Below, in pieces: positions 1 to 11,400 of a stretch of 64,000 nt of DNA. The notes under the pieces are model-generated. The model was not told where the DNA came from and did not search any database. It saw only the letters and a list, made by a program, of their open reading frames with translations. Each line of letters starts with the position of its first letter. Position 1 is the first letter of the stretch. Origin of the DNA: the human T2T-CHM13v2.0 reference genome, Homo sapiens; NCBI RefSeq assembly GCF_009914755.1, contig NC_060946.1; one strand, 5' to 3'. Both the position numbers and the translations under genes were made by a program.

Positions 1-230
1 TGAGTTCACACATCACAAACAAGTTTATGAGAATGCTTCTGTCTAGTTTTTATTTGAAGATATTTCCTTTCTCACCATAGACCTGAAAGCTGTCCTAATG
101 TTCACTTCCAGATACTACAGAAAGAGTGTTTAAAAACTGCTGTACGAAAGGGAATGTTCAACTCTGTGACTTGAATGCACACATCACAAAGAAGTTTCTG
201 AGGATGCTGCTGTCTACTTTTTATACGTAA

Positions 231-247
231 TCCCGTTTCCAACGAAA
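231..247 (-). promoter_or_regulatory. CENP-B box 1 of the HOR (recurs once per HOR)
   Basis: tcccgtttccaacgaaa is the reverse complement of TTTCGTTGGAAACGGGA, matching YTTCGTTGGAARCGGGA with all nine essential bases (TTCG....A..CGGG). Confidence 0.96.
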
Positions 248-572
248 TCCTCCAAGCTATCCAAATATCCACTTGCAGATTCCACAGAAAGACTGTTTCA
301 AAACTGCTCTGTCAATAGAAAGGTTCAACTCTGTTAGCTGCGTGCATATATCCCAAAGAAGATTCTGAGATTGCTTCTGTCTAGTTTTTATGGGAAGATA
401 TTTCCCTTTTCACCGTAGGCGTCAAGGCGCTCCAAATGTCCACTTCCAGATACTACAAAAAGAGTGTTTCAAACCTACTCTGTGAAAGGGAATATTCAAC
501 TCTGTGACTTGAATGCACATATCACAAAGAAGTTTCTGAGAATGCTTCTGTCGAGATTTTATATGAAGATGT

Positions 573-589
573 TCCCGTTTCCAACGAAA
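573..589 (-). promoter_or_regulatory. CENP-B box 2 of the HOR (recurs once per HOR)
   Basis: Exact tcccgtttccaacgaaa 17-mer. Confidence 0.96.
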
Positions 590-914
590 TCCTGAAATCT
601 ATCCAAATATCACCTCGCAGATTCTACAAAAAGAGTGTTTCAAAACTGCTCTGTAAAAAGAAAGTTTCAACTCTGTTACTTGAGTACACACATCACAAAC
701 AAGTTTCACAGAATGCTTCTTTCTAGCTTGTAGGGGAAGATATTCCCTTTATCACCATGGACCTCCAACCGTCCGAAACGTCCACTTCCATATACTACAA
801 AAAGAGCGTTTCAAACCTGCTCTATGAAAGGCAATGTTCAACTCTGTGACTTGAATGCAGACATCACAGAGCAGTTTCTGAGAATGCTTCTGTCTAGATT
901 TTATAGGAAGATAT

Positions 915-931
915 TCCCGTTTCCAACGAAA
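915..931 (-). promoter_or_regulatory. CENP-B box 3 of the HOR (recurs once per HOR)
   Basis: Exact tcccgtttccaacgaaa 17-mer. Confidence 0.96.
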
Positions 932-1256
932 TCTTCACAGCTATCCAAATATCCACTTGCAGATTCTACAAAAAGAGTGTATCAAAACTGCTCTGTCAAA
1001 AGGAAGGTTCTTCTCTGTTAGGTGAGTGCATACGTCATAAAGGAGTTTCTGAGAATGTTTCTGTCTAGTGGTTATGGGAAGATATTTGCTTTTTCACCGT
1101 AGGCCTCAGAGCGCTCCAAATATCCACTTGCACATACTACAAAAAGAGTGCCTCAAAGCTGCTCTCTGAAACGGAATGTTCAACTCTATGAGTTGAATGC
1201 AAACATCACAAAGACGTTTCTGAGAATGCTTCTGTCTAGATTTGATATGAAGATAT

Positions 1257-1273
1257 TCCCGTTTCCAACGAAA
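1257..1273 (-). promoter_or_regulatory. CENP-B box 4 of the HOR (recurs once per HOR)
   Basis: Exact tcccgtttccaacgaaa 17-mer. Four boxes per HOR give 187 complete box positions in the window, plus one cut by the right edge. Confidence 0.96.
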
Positions 1274-4200
1274 TCTTCAAATCTATCCAAATGTCCACTT
1301 GCAGATTCAACAAAAAGTGTTTTTCAGAACTGCTCTATCAAAAGAAAGATCCACCTCTGTTAGCTGAGTTCACACATCACAAACAAGTTTATGAGAATGC
1401 TTCTGTCTAGTTTTTATTTGAAGATATTTCCTTTCTCACCATAGACCTGAAAGCTGTCCTAATGTTCACTTCCAGATACTACAGAAAGAGTGTTTCAAAA
1501 CTGCTGTACGAAAGGGAATGTTCAACTCTGTGACTTGAATGCACACATCACAAAGAAGTTTCTGAGGATGCTGCTGTCTACTTTTTATACGTAATCCCGT
1601 TTCCAACGAAATCCTCCAAGCTATCCAAATATCCACTTGCAGATTCCACAGAAAGACTGTTTCAAAACTGCTCTGTCAATAGAAAGGTTCAACTCTGTTA
1701 GCTGCGTGCATATATCCCAAAGAAGATTCTGAGATTGCTTCTGTCTAGTTTTTATGGGAAGATATTTCCCTTTTCACCGTAGGCGTCAAGGCGCTCCAAA
1801 TGTCCACTTCCAGATACTACAAAAAGAGTGTTTCAAACCTACTCTGTGAAAGGGAATATTCAACTCTGTGACTTGAATGCACATATCACAAAGAAGTTTC
1901 TGAGAATGCTTCTGTCGAGATTTTATATGAAGATATTCCCGTTTCCAACGAAATCCTGAAATCTATCCAAATATCCCCTCGCAGATTCTACAAAAAGAGT
2001 GTTTCAAAACTGTTCTGTAAAAAGAAAGGTTCAACTCTGTTAGTTGAGTACACACATCACAAACAAGTATCACAGAATGCTTCTTTCTAGCTTGTAGGGG
2101 AAGATATTCCCTTTATCACCATGGGCCTCAAACCGTCCGAAACGTCCACTTCCATATACTTCAAAAAGAGCGTTTCAAACCTGCTCTATGAAAGGCAATG
2201 TTCAACTCTGTTACTTGAATGCAGACATCACAGAGCTGTTTATGAGAATGCTTCTGTCTAGATTTTATAGGATGATATTCCCGTTTCCAACGAAATCTTC
2301 ACAGCTATCCAAATATCCACTTGCAGATTCTACAAAAAGAGTGTATCCAAACTGCTCTGGCAAAAGGAAGGTTCTTCTCTGTTAGGTGAGTGCATACGTC
2401 ATAAAGGAGTTTCTGAGAATGTTTCTGTCTAGTGGTTATGGGAAGATATTTGCTTTTTCACCGTAGGCCTCAGAGCGCTCCAAATATCCACTTGCACATA
2501 CTACAAAAAGAGTGCCTCAAAGCTGCTCTCTGAAATGGAATGTTCAACTCTATGAGTTGAATGCAAACATCACAAAGACGTTTCTGAGAATGCTTCTGTC
2601 TAGATTTGATATGAAGATATTCCCGTTTCCAACGAAATCTTCAAATCTATCCAAATGTCCACTTGCAGATTCAACAAAAAGTGTTTTTCAGAACTGCTCT
2701 ATCAAAAGAAAGATCCACCTCTGTTAGCTGAGTTCACACATCCAAACAAGTTTATGAGAATGCTTCTGTCTAGTTTTTATTTGAAGATATTTCCTTTCTC
2801 ACCATAGACCTGAAAGCTGTCCTAATGTTCACTTCCAGATACTACAGAAAGAGTGTTTAAAAACTGCTGTACGAAAGGGAATGTTCAACTCTGTGACTTG
2901 AATGCACACATCACAAAGAAGTTTCTGAGGATGCTGCTGTCTACTTTTTATACGTAATCCCGTTTCCAACGAAATCCTCCAAGCTATCCAAATATCCACT
3001 TGCAGATTCCACAGAAAGACTGTTTCAAAACTGCTCTGTCAATAGAAAGGTTCAACTCTGTTAGCTGCGTGCATATATCCCAAAGAAGATTCTGAGATTG
3101 CTTCTGTCTAGTTTTTATGGGAAGATATTTCCCTTTTCACCGTAGGTGTCAAGGCGCTCCAAATGTCCACTTCCAGATACTACAAAAAGAGTGTTTCAAA
3201 CCTACTCTGTGAAAAGGAATATTCAACTCTGTGACTTGAATGCACATATCACAAAGAAGTTTCTGAGAATGCTTCTGTCGAGATTTTATATGAAGATATT
3301 CCCGTTTCCAACGAAATCCTGAAATCTATCCAAATATCCCCTCGCAGATTCTACAAAAAGAGTGTTTCAAAACTGCTCTGTAAAAAGAAAGGTTCAACTC
3401 TGTTAGTTGAGTACACACATCACAAACAAGTTTCACAGAATGCTTCTTTCTAGCTTGTAGGGGAAGATATTCCCTTTATCACCATGGGCCTCCAACCGTC
3501 CGAAACGTCCACTTCCATATACTACAAAAAGAGCGTTTCAAACCTGCTCTAGGAAAGGCAATGTTCAACTCTGTGACTTGAATGCAGACATCACAGAGCA
3601 GTTTCTGAGAATGCTTCTGTCTAGATTTTATAGGAAGATATTCCCGTTTCCAACGAAATCTTCACAGCTATCCAAATATCCACTTGCAGATTCTACAAAA
3701 AGAGTGTATCAAAACTGCTCTGTCAAAAGGAAGGTTCTTCTCTGTTAGGTGAGTGCATACGTCATAAAGGAGTTTCTGAGAATGTTTCTGTCTAGTGGTT
3801 ATGGGAAGATATTTGCTTTTTCACCGTAGGCCTCAGAGCGCTCCAAATATCCACTTGCACATACTACAAAAAGAGTGCCTCAAAGCTGCTCTCTGAAACG
3901 GAATGTTCAACTCTATGAGTTGAATGCAAACATCACAAAGACGTTTCTGAGAATGCTTCTGTCTAGATTTGATATGAAGATATTCCCGTTTCCAACGAAA
4001 TCTTCAAATCTATCCAAATGTCCACTTGCAGATTCAACAAAAAGTGTTTTTCAGAACTGCTGTATCAAAAGAAAGATCCACGTCTGTTAGCTGAGTTCAC
4101 ACATCACAAACAAGTTTATGAGAATGCTTCTGTCTAGTTTTTATTTGAAGATATTTCCTTTCTCACCATAGACCTGAAAGCTGTCCTAATGTTCACTTCC

Positions 4201-5455
4201 AGATACTACAGAAAGAGTGTTTCAAAACTGCTGTACGAAAGGGAATGTTCAACTCTGTGACTTGAATGCACACATCACAAAGAAGTTTCTGAGGATGCTG
4301 CTGTCTACTTTTTATACGTAATCCCGTTTCCAACGAAATCCTCCAAGCTATCCAAATATCCACTTGCAGATTCCACAGAAAGACTGTTTCAAAACTGCTC
4401 TGTCAATAGAAAGGTTCAACTCTGTTAGCTGCGTGCATATATCCCAAAGAAGATTCTGAGATTGCTTCTGTCTAGTTTTTATGGGAAGATATTTCCCTTT
4501 TCACCGTAGGCGTCAAGGCGCTCCAAATGTCCACTTCCAGATACTACAAAAAGAGTGTTTCAAACCTACTCTGTGAAAGGGAATATTCAACTCTGTGACT
4601 TGAATGCACATATCACAAAGAAGTTTCTGAGAATGCTTCTGTCGAGATTTTATATGAAGATATTCCCGTTTCCAACGAAATCCTGAAATCTATCCAAATA
4701 TCCCCTCGCAGATTCTACAAAAAGAGTGTTTCAAAACTGTTCTGTAAAAAGAAAGGTTCAACTCTGTTAGTTGAGTACACACATCACAAACAAGTATCAC
4801 AGAATGCTTCTTTCTAGCTTGTAGGGGAAGATATTCCCTTTATCACCATGGGCCTCAAACCGTCCGAAACGTCCACTTCCATATACTTCAAAAAGAGCGT
4901 TTCAAACCTGCTCTATGAAAGGCAATGTTCAACTCTGTTACTTGAATGCAGACATCACAGAGCTGTTTATGAGAATGCTTCTGTCTAGATTTTATAGGAT
5001 GATATTCCCGTTTCCAACGAAATCTTCACAGCTATCCAAATATCCACTTGCAGATTCTACAAAAAGAGTGTATCCAAACTGCTCTGGCAAAAGGAAGGTT
5101 CTTCTCTGTTAGGTGAGTGCATACGTCATAAAGGAGTTTCTGAGAATGTTTCTGTCTAGTGGTTATGGGAAGATATTTGCTTTTTCACCGTAGGCCTCAG
5201 AGCGCTCCAAATATCCACTTGCACATACTACAAAAAGAGTGCCTCAAAGCTGCTCTCTGAAATGGAATGTTCAACTCTATGAGTTGAATGCAAACATCAC
5301 AAAGACGTTTCTGAGAATGCTTCTGTCTAGATTTGATATGAAGATATTCCCGTTTCCAACGAAATCTTCAAATCTATCCAAATGTCCACTTGCAGATTCA
5401 ACAAAAAGTGTTTTTCAGAACTGCTCTATCAAAAGAAAGATCCACCTCTGTTAGC

Positions 5456-8400
5456 TGAGTTCACACATCCAAACAAGTTTATGAGAATGCTTCTGTCTAG
5501 TTTTTATTTGAAGATATTTCCTTTCTCACCATAGACCTGAAAGCTGTCCTAATGTTCACTTCCAGATACTACAGAAAGAGTGTTTCAAAACTGCTGTACG
5601 AAAGGGAATGTTCAACTCTGTGACTTGAATGCACACATCACAAAGAAGTTTCTGAGGATGCTGCTGTCTACTTTTTATACGTAATCCCGTTTCCAACGAA
5701 ATCCTCCAAGCTATCCAAATATCCACTTGCAGATTCCACAGAAAGACTGTTTCAAAACTGCTCTGTCAATAGAAAGGTTCAACTCTGTTAGCTGCGTGCA
5801 TATATCCCAAAGAAGATTCTGAGATTGCTTCTGTCTAGTTTTTATGGGAAGATATTTCCCTTTTCACCGTAGGCGTCAAGGCGCTCCAAATGTCCACTTC
5901 CAGATACTACAAAAAGAGTGTTTCAAACCTACTCTGTGAAAGCGAATATTCAACTCTGTGACTTGAATGCACATATCACAAAGAAGTTTCTGAGAATGCT
6001 TCTGTCGAGATTTTATATGAAGATATTCCCGTTTCCAACGAAATCCTGAAATCTATCCAAATATCCCCTCGCAGATTCTACAAAAAGAGTGTTTCAAAAC
6101 TGCTCTGTAAAAAGAAAGGTTCAACTCTGTTAGTTGAGTACACACATCACAAACAAGTTTCACAGAATGCTTCTTTCTAGCTTGTAGGGGAAGATATTCC
6201 CTTTATCACCATGGGCCTCCAACCGTCCGAAACGTCCACTTCCATATACTACCAAAAGAGCGTTTCAAACCTGCTCTAGGAAAGGCAATGTTCAACTCTG
6301 TGACTTGAATGCAGACATCACAGAGCAGTTTCTGAGAATGCTTCTGTCTAGATTTTATAGGAAGATATTCCCGTTTCCAACGAAATCTTCACAGCTATCC
6401 AAATATCCACTTGCAGATTCTACAAAAAGAGTGTATCAAAACTGCTCTGTCAAAAGGAAGGTTCTTCTCTGTTAGGTGAGTGCATACGTCATAAAGGAGT
6501 TTCTGAGAATGTTTCTGTCTAGTGGTTATGGGAAGATATTTGCTTTTTCACCGTAGGCCTCAGAGCGCTCCAAATATCCACTTGCACATACTACAAAAAG
6601 AGTGCCTCAAAGCTGCTCTCTGAAACGGAATGTTCAACTCTATGAGTTGAATGCAAACATCACAAAGACGTTTCTGAGAATGCTTCTGTCTAGATTTGAT
6701 ATGAAGATATTCCCGTTTCCAACGAAATCTTCAAATGTATCCAAATGTCCACTTGCAGATTCAACAAAAAGTGTTTTTCAGAACTGCTCTATCAAAAGAA
6801 AGATCCACCTCTGTTAGCTGAGTTCACACATCACAAACAAGTTTATGAGAATGCTTCTGTCTAGTTTTTATTTGAAGATATTTCCTTTCTCACCATAGAC
6901 CTGAAAGCTGTCCTAATGTTCACTTCCAGATACTACAGAAAGAGTGTTTAAAAACTGCTGTACGAAAGGGAAGGTTCAACTCTGTGACTTGAATGCACAC
7001 ATCACAAAGAAGTTTCTGAGGATGCTGCTGTCTACTTTTTATACGTAATCCCGTTTCCAACGAAATCCTCCATGCTATCCAAATATCCACTAGCAGATTC
7101 CACAGAAAGACTGTTTCAAAACTGCTCTGTCAATAGAAAGGTTCAACTCTGTTAGCTGCGTGCATATATCCCAAAGAAGATTGTGAGATTGCTTCTGTCT
7201 AGTTTTTATGGGAAGATATTTCCCTTTTCACCGTAGGCGTCAAGGCGCTCCAAATGTCCACTTCCAGATACTACAAAAAGAGTGTTTCAATCCTACTCTG
7301 TGAAAGGGAATATTCAACTCTGTGACTTGAATGCACATATCACAAAGAAGTTTCTGAGAATGCTTCTGTCGAGATTTTATATGAAGATGTTCCCGTTTCC
7401 AACGAAATCCTGAAATCTATCCAAATATCACCTCGCAGATTCTACAAAAAGAGTGTTTCAAAACTGCTCTGTAAAAAGAAAGTTTCAACTCTGTTACTTG
7501 AGTACACACATCACAAACAAGTTTCACAGAATGCTTCTTTCTAGCTTGTAGGGGAAGATATTCCCTTTATCACCATGGTCCTCAAACCGTCCGAAACGTC
7601 CACTTCCATATACTACAAAAAGAGCGTTTCAAACCTGCTCTAGGAAAGGCAATGTTCAACTCTGTGACTTGAATGCAGACATCACAGAGCAGTTTCTGAG
7701 AATGCTTCTGTCTAGATTTTATAGGAAGATATTCCCGTTTCCAACGAAATCTTCACAGCTATCCAAATATCCACTTGCAGATTCTACAAAAAGAGTGTAT
7801 CAAAACTGCTCTGTCAAAAGGAAGGTTCTTCTCTGTTAGGTGAGTGCATACGTCATAAAGGAGTTTCTGAGAATGTTTCTGTCTAGTGGTTATGGGAAGA
7901 TATTTGCTTTTTCACCGTAGGCCTCAGAGCGCTCCAAATATCCACTTGCACATACTACAAAAAGAGTGCCTCAAAGCTGCTCTCTGAAACGGAATGTTCA
8001 ACTCTATGAGTTGAATGCAAACATCACAAAGACGTTTCTGAGAATGCTTCTGTCTAGATTTGATATGAAGATATTCCCGTTTCCAACGAAATCTTCAAAT
8101 CTATCCAAATGTCCACTTGCAGATTCAACAAAAAGTGTTTTTCAGAACTGCTCTATCAAAAGAAAGATCCACCTCTGTTAGCTGAGTTCACACATCACAA
8201 ACAAGTTTATGAGAATGCTTCTGTCTAGTTTTTATTTGAAGATATTTCCTTTCTCACCATAGACCTGAAAGCTGTCCTAATGTTCACTTCCAGATACTAC
8301 AGAAAGAGTGTTTCAAAACTGCTGTACGAAAGGGAATGTTCAACTCTGTGACTTGAATGCACACATCACAAAGAAGTTTCTGAGGATGCTGCTGTCTACT

Positions 8401-11400
8401 TTTTATACGTAATCCCGTTTCCAACGAAATCCTCCAAGCTATCCAAATATCCACTTGCAGATTCCACAGAAAGACTGTTTCAAAACTGCTCTGTCAATAG
8501 AAAGGTACAACTCTGTTAGCTGCGTGCATATATCCCAAAGAAGATTCTGAGATTGCTTCTGTCTAGTTTTTATGGGAAGATATTTCCCTTTTCACCGTAG
8601 GCGTCAAGGCGCTCCAAATGTCCACTTCCAGATACTACAAAAAGAGTGTTTCAAACCTACTCTGTGAAAGGGAATATTCAACTCTGTGACTTGAATGCAC
8701 ATATCACAAAGAAGTTTCTGAGAATGCTTCTGTCGAGATTTTATATGAAGATGTTCCCGTTTCCAACGAAATCCTGAAATCTATCCAAATATCACCTCGC
8801 AGATTCTACAAAAAGAGTGTTTCAAAACTGTTCTGTAAAAAGAAAGGTTCAACTCTGTTAGTTGAGTACACACATCACAAACAAGTATCACAGAATGCTT
8901 CTTTCTAGCTTGTAGGGGAAGATATTCCCTTTATCACCATGGGCCTCAAACCGTCCGAAACGTCCACTTCCATATACTTCAAAAAGAGCGTTTCAAACCT
9001 GCTCTATGAAAGGCAATGTTCAACTCTGTGACTTGAATGCAGACATCACAGAGCTGTTTCTGAGAATGCTTCTGTCTAGATTTTATAGGATGATATTCCC
9101 GTTTCCAACGAAATCTTCACAGCTATCCAAATATCCACTTGCAGATTCTACAAAAAGAGTGTATCCAAACTGCTCTGGCAAAAGGAAGGTTCTTCTCTGT
9201 TAGGTGAGTGCATACGTCATAAAGGAGTTTCTGAGAATGTTTCTGTCTAGTGGTTATGGGAAGATATTTGCTTTTTCACCGTAGGCCTCAGAGCGCTCCA
9301 AATATCCACTTGCACATACTACAAAAAGAGTGCCTCAAAGCTGCTCTCTGAAATGGAATGTTCAACTCTATGAGTTGAATGCAAACATCACAAAGACGTT
9401 TCTGAGAATGCTTCTGTCTAGATTTGATATGAAGATATTCCCGTTTCCAACGAAATCTTCAAATCTATCCAAATGTCCACTTGCAGATTCAACAAAAAGT
9501 GTTTTTCAGAACTGCTCTATCAAAAGAAAGATCCACCTCTGTTAGCTGAGTTCACACATCCAAACAAGTTTATGAGAATGCTTCTGTCTAGTTTTTATTT
9601 GAAGATATTTCCTTTCTCACCATAGACCTGAAAGCTGTCCTAATGTTCACTTCCAGATACTACAGAAAGAGTGTTTCAAAACTGCTGTACGAAAGGGAAT
9701 GTTCAACTCTGTGACTTGAATGCACACATCACAAAGAAGTTTCTGAGGATGCTGCTGTCTACTTTTTATACGTAATCCCGTTTCCAACGAAATCCTCCAA
9801 GCTATCCAAATATCCACTTGCAGATTCCACAGAAAGACTGTTTCAAAACTGCTCTGTCAATAGAAAGGTTCAACTCTGTTAGCTGCGTGCATATATCCCA
9901 AAGAAGATTCTGAGATTGCTTCTGTCTAGTTTTTATGGGAAGATATTTCCCTTTTCACCGTAGGCGTCAAGGCGCTCCAAATGTCCACTTCCAGATACTA
10001 CAAAAAGAGTGTTTCAAACCTACTCTGTGAAAGCGAATATTCAACTCTGTGACTTGAATGCACATATCACAAAGAAGTTTCTGAGAATGCTTCTGTCGAG
10101 ATTTTATATGAAGATATTCCCGTTTCCAACGAAATCCTGAAATCTATCCAAATATCCCCTCGCAGATTCTACAAAAAGAGTGTTTCAAAACTGCTCTGTA
10201 AAAAGAAAGGTTCAACTCTGTTAGTTGAGTACACCCATCACAAACAAGTTTCACAGAATGCTTCTTTCTAGCTTGTAGGGGAAGATATTCCCTTTATCAC
10301 CATGGGCCTCCAACCGTCCGAAACGTCCACTTCCATATACTACCAAAAGAGCGTTTCAAACCTGCTCTAGGAAAGGCAATGTTCAACTCTGTGACTTGAA
10401 TGCAGACATCACAGAGCAGTTTCTGAGAATGCTTCTGTCTAGATTTTATAGGAAGATATTCCCGTTTCCAACGAAATCTTCACAGCTATCCAAATATCCA
10501 CTTGCAGATTCTACAAAAAGAGTGTATCAAAACTGCTCTGTCAAAAGGAAGGTTCTTCTCTGTTAGGTGAGTGCATACGTCATAAAGGAGTTTCTGAGAA
10601 TGTTTCTGTCTAGTGGTTATGGGAAGATATTTGCTTTTTCACTGTAGGCCTCAGAGCGCTCCAAATATCCACTTGCACATACTACAAAAAGAGTGCCTCA
10701 AAGCTGCTCTCTGAAACGGAATGTTCAACTCTATGAGTTGAATGCAAACATCACAAAGACGTTTCTGAGAATGCTTCTGTCTAGATTTGATATGAAGATA
10801 TTCCCGTTTCCAACGAAATCTTCAAATCTATCCAAATGTCCACTTGCAGATTCAACAAAAAGTGTTTTTCAGAACTGCTCTATCAAAAGAAAGATCCACC
10901 TCTGTTAGCTGAGTTCACACATCACAAACAAGTTTATGAGAATGCTTCTGTCTAGTTTTTATTTGAAGATATTTCCTTTCTCACCATAGACCTGAAAGCT
11001 GTCCTAATGTTCACTTCCAGATACTACAGAAAGAGTGTTTAAAAACTGCTGTACGAAAGGGAATGTTCAACTCTGTGACTTGAATGCACACATCACAAAG
11101 AAGTTTCTGAGGATGCTGCTGTCTACTTTTTATACGTAATCCCGTTTCCAACGAAATCCTCCATGCTATCCAAATATCCACTAGCAGATTCCACAGAAAG
11201 ACTGTTTCAAAACTGCTCTGTCAATAGAAAGGTTCAACTCTGTTAGCTGCGTGCATATATCCCAAAGAAGATTGTGAGATTGCTTCTGTCTAGTTTTTAT
11301 GGGAAGATATTTCCCTTTTCACCGTAGGCGTCAAGGCGCTCCAAATGTCCACTTCCAGATACTACAAAAAGAGTGTTTCAATCCTACTCTGTGAAAGGGA

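Larger units (their letters stand above)
1..1364 (-). repeat. Representative single HOR unit (8 monomers = 4 A/B dimers of 342, 342, 342 and 338 bp); phase is arbitrary, set by the window start
   Basis: CENP-B box starts at 231, 573, 915, 1257 and 1595 give spacings of 342/342/342/338, which sum to 1,364. Confidence 0.95.

Noticed and set aside
231-1611. CRISPR-like pattern of an identical 17-bp motif separated by variable sequence
   Set aside because: The motif is the CENP-B box, the ~325-bp intervening sequences are mutually homologous alphoid monomers that repeat every HOR, and there are no cas genes.
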